From Mytilus californianus (lineage: Eukaryota), in NCBI RefSeq assembly GCF_021869535.1, contig NW_026262690.1:76756001-76820000 (forward strand): DNA of 64,000 bases. The letters run 5' to 3'. Under the pieces are notes generated by a model. The model searched no databases, was not told the origin of the DNA, and saw only the letters and a list, made by a program, of their open reading frames with translations. This document shows positions 48,968 through 64,000 of the stretch, piece after piece (the stretch's first letter is position 1; each line of letters opens with the position of its first letter). The translations under genes and the position numbers were made by a program.

Positions 48968-51900
48968 ATGAGAATCATCTGTTACGTTTGTTTATTCTTA
49001 AAGATGAATTCTAGAGAATTCGGCGAGGAAATATATAAAATAGTAAATAGGCCATGATGTTTATAAATGTTTAGAATATATATGTGTATGATTCTATTGC
49101 GTCATTACAGTTAATTAGTAAACAATTCGGTCAATGTTTCATGTATAAAATTGACCGATATTTGCTTACATTAAAAAAAGAAAAATGTCCGTAAATTAAT
49201 ATAAACTTGAAATATCTATTTCATTTATGAAAATTATTCTGTGATGTAAATTAAAATAAATCTTACTTCTACTGATAAAATCCTGTTTCCACTGATTAAA
49301 CTATTTATCTAGATGTACAAAAGGAATCAGTCATATTCATCAAAAGAGTTCCGTTATGAAATACTGATGTGTATTTATAAATTCCGTTGATAACAGTATA
49401 GAAAAAAACGTAATAATTTTTCATGTGACACAAAATGTTTACGTTGGTGATTGCCACTCAACTGGGGTACAGCCGCTCAACTGGATTTTATAAAACAGAG
49501 ATAATTCAAACGCTGTACCTGCTAAACAGGTATCCGTTGTGTATTGGAAAACTAATAGGTAAATAACGATTTATCGATTCTGAGGAACGTAGATACCTGT
49601 TGTAGATATTTGTCTCTGCCTGATTATTCCATCAATAGAATTCTACATTGTTAATACTATAATTTAAGGCTTCGACCATATCTGGTATATTTTTTAATTT
49701 CAAATGCCAATGAACGGAACTTATAAACATTAGAATTTATGTATTATTAAAAATTGATTCGCCTGTCAAATGGAAACTAAGTAGCTAAGGTTGAAACTCC
49801 CTCAGTTGACCTAAAACAGTTCTGGCTGTTATTTTAAGGCTCTAAAAACAATGTAGACCTAGGATTTTAAAAAGGGGGGATGGGATCAGCAACAAGACAA
49901 CGCATGTTAGGAATGGGAATTGTAAAAGTATATAGGCAGCTCCATAAAGGGGGTGCCCGATCTGCTAAAGTATTTGGCTTTCTATTTATGTCGATGAATT
50001 TATTCCAGAAACACATGTTGTTCGAAAGGTAATCATGTCATAAGTATTTTATATGATGGCAGTTCAAATTACATAGTTACGTTCAAATACAAAAACCAAG
50101 CATTAAAGGGAATATAATCGGAAATACTCCAGTTAAACAAGGTATCGTACTGCTATACACGCTTTAACAGGTAAAACAACATCTAAAATATTACTAGTAT
50201 AAACCAGGATAAAAATATATCTTTAAAAAATGTAAAATGGACTGTAATAGACAAGAATGATGTATGACAGGATTAACATTTCTCATCCTGTTTTTAGTTT
50301 AATATCGTGTTGTTGTTAATGATCGAGATATTTCGGTCTTGCAAAACCTGTTGTGGACAGCGGACAGCTCGGTTGCCGAAGATTTTTTTATGTTGAATTG
50401 GCGTGGCTAAAATCAAACAGCGACAAGAGTGGAGTTCTTGCAAATATAAAAAATAAACTTCGGGTAAAATGGTTAGGCGTCTCTGACTTTGAAAAGCTTC
50501 ACCACACTGTAAATCACACCCTCTGAGATCTCCCGGTCTGCCAGTGTTAGACTCTAAACGTCTGTAGTAAATTGAGATTTTTTTCAATTAAATCGCAAAA
50601 GCGACTGGGGAAACTTGGGAAATGACGATTTTAGTTGTTCCGCATAACGCTTTGAGTAAAGAGTATGCCTCTATACGGAAAATCACTGCCCAGAAAAGAA
50701 AACCTGCTCCGGTATATGGAGTCATACTGAATTCATTACGTTTGTCTTATTTCTTGTTTTCCGGTCGTCAATCGATGTCAATCTTTATAGAAAAAAAATC
50801 TAGAAATTTTATGGACGACCTAATGATCAGGCCGACCTTTACAGAATATTTGTGTCACAGATCTCCCATTTTTTATAACCAAAAATCATGTCCATCATCG
50901 GAAACATAGTGTTGGCCAATTGTGGAGCTGGAACTACTTTCCTTTCCGGAACACACTCTGCGAGTTATTGACATTCGACTGCTCAGTCTTTAGTTTTGTG
51001 TGTATAGTGTTTTAAAATTATTGCTTGTTCTTTTCCTTTTTCTTTTGGCTATGGCTATTTTACTCATGTACTTGTGATTTTTTATTGTCCATTGGTTTCC
51101 TCTTTCTAGATATGAAGCAGATTTGCTTGTGTCTAAAGTATTCATAACTTATAAATGTGAATACAATTATATGTGGGGTATATGTAATAAACGAAACAGA
51201 TAATCAAAAGGTCAACAACAACAGAAAATACCAGGTCTCTATACTTACTAAACTTACTTGGATATATGATATTCAAGGTGTAACTGAAATAAGGGTAATT
51301 GAGTAAAGCGATCTATCAGTATAGCTAAAAAGGTAAAAGTTATGTTAGATGTTTTATATTTTGTCTCCTGGTCTGTGAGAAGGTTGTGCACAAATTTTCA
51401 CTCATAGGTCGAGATGTATAGTAAAACATAGTAAATACCATTTGAAATACTAATACTAAATGTAAAAATATCGATCCACAGATATTGTGTAGCTTTTGAA
51501 GTTAAATTGATTATTATTTTTCCGGGAGACCTACATTTGTATATGCTGCTTTATATCGAGAGTTAAATGTTTTTTTCCTAGGTAGAAATTTTCTTCGCAT
51601 CACCATTTTTTGAATGACTGAGAGTGATCTTCAAGCTTTTTTGAATTTGAAAAAGACGGTAAGGCAAGTTTCCCTTGTATTTGTTCCACTTGACAGAGTT
51701 TAAATCAGAAAATTGTCAAAACTTACGGGAACTCGAATAAAAAAGAATCTGTACGATATACTTGAAATGTTAAATCAATTATTTACACGTATCCTTAAAT
51801 AATTATGATATCCGCTATAACTAAATTGCTGCATCAATTTTTATACAATATTGATTTTTTTTATTTTTTTTTATTTGGGGTCCCTTTTATAGATTACTTT

Positions 51901-52340
51901 GATAAAACTGGAATTTTTTCCAAAATTTATAAAACTGGTAGTTTTAGCTTTCTTTAGACATATATAATTTGAGCATACATCTTTGAATAAGACAACATAA
52001 TGTCAGATCCTTTAAGTGATCTTAAGTTTACCCATGATGCTGTGTTCATTGTGTTGCTATGAATTTTAGTACAGATTGAAAGATTTTTTGGAAATTGCCC
52101 ACATAAAAAATGAATTCATGGAAATTGGCACTAACTCTTAGAGGCAGCAACCCAATGACACAAATAACCTATTACATTTAGAGGTCAACACATAGTCTTC
52201 AACAAAAGACAGGCTTATAAAAAAAAATGTAAAGATTTAAAAATACCAGCAGTCTTAAAACTCAAGTTGTGAAGAGATCTATCAGGGAATATACAAGATC
52301 TGCCAATAACACCAAATTCTCCAAATAACAAAAACATTAA

Positions 52341-53216
52341 GGTGGTCCTTAACACTACAGGGAGATAACTCTGTCAAAATCAGTTGAACGTTTTAATCAC
52401 GTTCTATTAAGGAAATATTAAGCTTTTCAATGATCAAAATTAGTGTTTGTCAAACTGGTATATATCCAATGAAAGGACAAGGTACGATAAGCCCCCGTTT
52501 TGGCCCCCCTATTTTCTTATTTTTCAAATGTTGCTTTGGAAAGCTACTTATCATGCTAAAATATTCCCTTAGGTTTGAAGTTTGTTTGGATGAACTTCAA
52601 AACATTTAATTTCAGCAACTGGGTGGGGTGAGGGGGGGTAAACTTTCCGTTATTATTCAGATATTGTAATTATTATTCACTTTGGAGGTGTTCAGTACAA
52701 CGATTTTTTAGTTTTTAAGTGCCTGCGCCAACGTGACCCAGGAATTGTTTAATTACAATGTCATTATCACTGTTTTTGCTGTCTAGATCGCCATAATTTT
52801 CTCCGGGTCACGTAGGCGCACGCTATTAGATTTTAAGATACACAGGCCAAAAATCGTAATTTTTCCTACTTTTGGCGTTTTTGATGCCCTTTCACCCCCC
52901 TCAATTCACCTAGTTGCTGAAATTAATGGTTTTGAAGTTCATCCAAACAAACTTCAAACCTAAGGGAATATTTCAACATAATAAGTAGCTTTCCAAAACA
53001 AAATTTGAAAAATGAGAAAATAGCCGGGGGGTGGGGGGGGGGGGGGGGGGGGCAAAACGGGGGCTTATCGTACCTTGTCCTTTCTCCGATAAAGTGTGTG
53101 GTTCAACTTTTTTGAAATTTTTATATTTTTGTCAAAGGGTCCAAGTAAATATTTTGTCAAAATTTTATGAAAATTAAACGAGCCAAATTAATTTTAGTCG
53201 AGGTGTTTGTACCACC
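52341..53216. mobile_element. TTAA-flanked non-autonomous DNA transposon (Kolobok-like GG...CC ends)
   Basis: TTAA|GGTGGT ... ACCACC|TTAA (TTAA at 52337-52340 and 53217-53220). Hosts a nested foldback element. Confidence 0.65.
52471..53084. mobile_element. Nested foldback MITE with about 160-bp TIRs
   Basis: GAAAGGACAAGGTACGATAAGCCCCCGTTTTG ... CAAAACGGGGGCTTATCGTACCTTGTCCTTTC, with an inner inverted block (ctaagggaatatt/aatattcccttag, gaagttcatccaaacaaacttcaaac). Confidence 0.85.
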
Positions 53217-54368
53217 TTAAGTTGTGACAAAAGACAACTCTTTCGAGGTTGACCTTGGACAGACATATAAACATGTTGCGAGATTTAACTCGGCCGAATC
53301 CCCTATGGATTTTACTTACCTTTATGGATCCATATGGGGACAGTAGTGAACCGTATAACGAATTTATCCCACACGGGACCTTTCCTGCCAAGTTATGTAA
53401 AAAAATAAACAATGAAATAGATGACGTCACCATCAATAGTAGACGTGACGTCATGATACCGCTATGAAATATACTGACCCCTTGCGTCATCACGTGACGG
53501 CGTTTAACCAATCACAACGTCACTAATTTACCCGAGGTGCGATAAACTCTAATATTGGTTGCTTTACACCATAGAAGACTTCAAACAACATCATGAAACA
53601 AAATTATTCTAGCGACAGAATTTGCTTAATTGAAACATCTAGAAAAATTGTATTTAATAAAACAAAATATATGATTATGGGGTATATCGTTTCAAATTTG
53701 TCTTCTCTGTTGTTGTTTTTTTCTCCTGACTATGCTGTTTTCCCTCTTTCTTCGACTTATGATTTAAGAATGCCTCATTGGCATCTTCTTCACTTTTTAC
53801 ACTAAATAGACAGTTAGAGGTATTACCATGACAATCTACAATTAATAACTGACAAAGTATTGACATGGGAATATTTTCCTCGGGCTATCATTTCGTGTTG
53901 ATATTGTGCGACCAAGAAAACTTAACGATGAACAAAAAGTTTGAATTTTTTATACCAATATAATTATAAGTCACTATGTATAAGGGGATGTGGTATGATT
54001 GTCAATGAGACAACTATCAACCAGAGTCTTAATGACATGGATTTATGAACAACTATAGGGCACCACAGGACCTTCAACTGGTATACATTTAAACCATTTA
54101 TTACGACTCCGTCTTGTTCAGCCGCTTGGTTGATTAATATTTGTGTTCCTCTTTCGGGACACCTGAGTTCAACCCAAGTGTTTGGAGGCTTTCCGTTGCT
54201 CAATAATTATTATATTTTGCTGTGTATAGTTGTTTGTCCCTTTGATTAATTGTTGTTATTTTTTACTTCATTATTTATAAAAATAATTATAAAAAAGACC
54301 CCCCTTCTTTCCCCCACTGCCCAAACCCAACAAACACACTGTAATAGTGTAGTGCCTCGGTTGACAGT

Positions 54369-54579
54369 TAGTCCTATGATATAAGCCTTCGTAGGTCCAT
54401 ATCGTTTGCATTCAATGTTTTTATCGGATTATTTTTTTTTTAACTATCAATGTTGAACCATTTTTCTTTTACTGACAATGTTGAACCACTTGGTTCCTCA
54501 TTGATAGTAAAAAATATAATCTGATAAAAATATTGAATGCAAACGATATGGATATACGAAGGCTTAAATTATAGGACTA
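54369..54579. mobile_element. Small MITE with about 65-bp TIRs and TA flanks, just downstream of the TSSK1-like stop
   Basis: tagtcctatgatataagccttcgta..ccatatcgtttgcattcaat versus its reverse complement ending ataggacta. Confidence 0.75.
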
Positions 54580-54816
54580 GGTGCCAGTTAGAAATCTCGA
54601 CTGTTTTAATGTTCGATTGTTTGTATTGCGTTTTTTATTTCTCTTGTCCACTTGAACCCTGTCTGTCAATCATCTGATTATTGTTTTGGTAATGTTCATG
54701 GAATACTACATTTATTTATAACATAAATAAAATTTTATTAAAAAACAAGAAATGAAAAAATTGTACAAAAAAAACCCGAAAACGGATTATAATAATTGAT
54801 ACTACATATATTGCAA

Positions 54817-61691
<6,875 letters not shown>

Positions 61692-61948
61692 TTTAAATCA
61701 GCCATATCCAATGAGTTCTTACATTATGTATGGTGATCACGTTATGCTCCTGACATTATTGGAAGTCCGTTGCGCTGCAGCCTCCATAGTGACGTTTGTG
61801 CTACAATGACGCCGACATTTTGGTTGCTCATGGTTCTAATCATTGTGTCTCGTTTTGATGTTTGATGTCAACAGAGAATGCAGTAAAAAAATAACAAGCT
61901 TCGAGAATGAGGAAATTGTAAATTCAAACAAGCCAAACACAATTGTTA
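61692..61948. promoter_or_regulatory. Probable bidirectional promoter and 5' UTRs between the two divergent TSSK genes
   Basis: 257 bp between the ATGs; repeat-free and GC-richer than its surroundings; half-CRE TGACG at 61790 and 61807 and near-CRE TGATGTCA at 61863. Function is inferred. Confidence 0.6.
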
Positions 61949-63019
61949 ATGCTGCCAGAAAAGCGGTCCAAGAAGAGGATGGCTGAGGAGAGTTCAGCGA
62001 AGGCTGACAAATTACTTGCAGAACTCGAGCTTATGCAATCAGAACTCGAACAAGTCGATGTGAAGCGATCGTTATCCTCAAGGAATGAAACCGTAACTTA
62101 TAGACCAACTTACCGTGCCATTTTAGCAAAGAAAGGATATTTAGTGAAACAAACTCTTGGCAGCGGAAGTTATTCCAAAGTTAAGTATGCACATTGCTTT
62201 AAGCATGATCGTGATAAAGTTGCTGTAAAAATAATAGACAGAACAAAAGCACCGAAAGATTTTCAGCACAGATTCCTTCCTCGTGAAATGGAGATATGGC
62301 CTAAACTGCGTCATCCTCATATCATTCGTATGCTAGATATATTCGAGGATAGTAGACGTGTGTATATGATATTAGAGTTCGCAGAAAATGGTGATGTTCT
62401 AAGATACATTCAGCGAAATGGAGCTATCAAGGATATCATTGCTCGTTCTTGGACACGTCAGATTTGTGAGGCAGTACGATATCTCCATGAACAAAACATT
62501 ACTCACAGAGATCTCAAGCTGGAAAACCTCCTATTAGATGGTACCCACACAATAAAGATATGTGATTTTGGCTTCGTTAAAGAGGACTGTATGCGGGATC
62601 TTAGTAGAACTTACTGTGGCTCGAAGTCATACGCTGCTCCAGAAATTTTGAAAGGAGAGCCCTATGACCCTAGAAAAGCAGACATTTGGGCTATTGGAGT
62701 GATTTTATATATTTTTGTTACCGGTAAAATGCCCTACGATGAAAGTAAAGGAAATCAGGGTGTGTTAGAGGAACATAAACGTTTGAACTTCCCATGGCAA
62801 AAGTTTAAGAAAAACGTGTCAGATGATTGCCGTTGTTTAATTTTGTGGTTGTTTTCCTATGATTATAAAGACAGACCAGATATCTATGAGCTCCTTGGTT
62901 CTCCGTGGTTTAAGCAAGATGTAAAAATACGACCCGAAAACGTCAAGATGGAAGGAGCAAGTCGAAAATCAGAGAAACAAGACAAAGAAGCGCCCTCCAC
63001 AAGTGAACATGCTGGGTAA
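61949..63019 (+). CDS. TSSK4: Testis-specific serine/threonine kinase 4-like, intronless, 356 aa (346 aa from the second ATG at 61979)
   Basis: Intact kinase domain: LGSGSYSKVK, VAVK, FLPREM, GDVLRYIQRNGA, HRDLKLENLLLD, DFG, TYCGSKSYAAPE. GDVL..IQR.GA and HRDLKLEN match TSSK4 as recalled; the subfamily call is less certain than the family call. Confidence 0.85.
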   Translation: MLPEKRSKKRMAEESSAKADKLLAELELMQSELEQVDVKRSLSSRNETVTYRPTYRAILAKKGYLVKQTLGSGSYSKVKYAHCFKHDRDKVAVKIIDRTKAPKDFQHRFLPREMEIWPKLRHPHIIRMLDIFEDSRRVYMILEFAENGDVLRYIQRNGAIKDIIARSWTRQICEAVRYLHEQNITHRDLKLENLLLDGTHTIKICDFGFVKEDCMRDLSRTYCGSKSYAAPEILKGEPYDPRKADIWAIGVILYIFVTGKMPYDESKGNQGVLEEHKRLNFPWQKFKKNVSDDCRCLILWLFSYDYKDRPDIYELLGSPWFKQDVKIRPENVKMEGASRKSEKQDKEAPSTSEHAG

Positions 63020-64000
63020 TTAGAATTGTGATTTGATCATACTGGCTTTTGTTAATCATTATTTGTATTTTGGAACTAATTATAAATGGTTTAGATATGT
63101 TTTTCCTTTCAGTAAGTGCAATACTTTCAACTTTTCTATAGGTGTATATTTTGTAATATTTTGATAAGATAGCATATTATATTGTGATAGGTGATTATAG
63201 TTTTCAATTGTAATACTTTGTACATATGGTACTGTTTATTTATATTGAATTTGCATGAGTGTCAAAATTTAATAATAAAAATGATATTCAATCAAGTTTT
63301 CCAAAAGTTAATGGAACAGACAATCAATGCAAAATGTCATGATGTGGTACTCAAAATGTATAAAGAGTTTTTGTCTATTTCATCGTAAGACAAGTTCATT
63401 ATTGATCATTATTCGGTTCATTCTAGTCCACCTGTACAGCAGTGACAAGTATTAGTTAGTGTAAGTAGTTTTTCCTTCATGTTTGGACAGTTTTTTTTAA
63501 TATTCCTTAACCTAATTCTTTTTTCAATTCTCCATTGATATTCAACAGTATAAAACTGAAATAATTAGTTTGTCAATATGCCGACATTCCTTATTATTTT
63601 TTTTTTAAGTTTTAGCTTCTGTTCACAAACGTGTGAATTGAACAAAAAATTAGTAACCTATTTGTTCATTTCATTACAAAAATAAGGAGATGAGGTATGA
63701 CGCCAATGAAAAAATTGTCAATCAGAGACAAAATGACTAATGAAAAGAAACAAAAGGTCACTGTACGGCTTTCGACAATGAGCAAATCCATACCCTATAG
63801 TAAGCTATTCTAGGCCCTAGCATGACAAATTGTGGAACAGTTTAAGTAGGCAAAAAAATCGACGACCAAATTCATGTTTTTTTATTGTTATAGATCTGTT
63901 TATATTGGACTTGTTCAAGCTTGCATGTGTGTTGATCAGTTTCTCAAATACAATACGGAACAATTCATGCAACTGATACTAGTGGAAGTGTTACAAATTG

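Noticed and set aside
50294-50909. ORFs of 97 and 95 aa as a zinc finger or transposase
   Set aside because: Only vague Cys or HTH-like spacing, non-ATG starts, no conserved motif.
53194-53511. Overlapping antisense ORFs with TGACGTCA motifs
   Set aside because: They lie in repeat-like sequence abutting the TTAA element; no protein family features.

Overview
AT-rich eukaryotic genomic DNA with spliceosomal introns. The genes and repeat families point to a bivalve mollusc, probably a mussel (Mytilus-like); this is inferred from repeat families I recognise from memory, not from a search. Five protein-coding genes look intact: a 10-coding-exon ABCG5-like half transporter (+, 7915-16805, 642 aa, one GC-AG intron); two tandem single-coding-exon GT31 beta-1,3-galactosyltransferase paralogs (-, 19562-20656 and 31168-32292); and a head-to-head pair of testis-specific kinases, TSSK1/2-like (-, 4 exons, 54817-61691) and TSSK4-like (+, intronless, 61949-63019), whose start codons are 257 bp apart. 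The rest is densely nested mobile DNA: tRNA-derived SINEs, Helentron-associated HINEs with internal tandem repeats, several MITE families, Crypton-like palindromic elements, retrozyme-like repeats with type I hammerhead ribozyme motifs, and a Penelope-like retroelement. The most striking structure is an 11.65-kb segment (35270-46920) bounded by two inverted CACT-terminated arms. It is flanked by a TA duplication and splits the Penelope-like element into two halves. It is best read as a composite (two-MITE) CACTA-like transposon carrying decayed or orphan gene fragments. No database searches could be run; family names rest on motif recognition.
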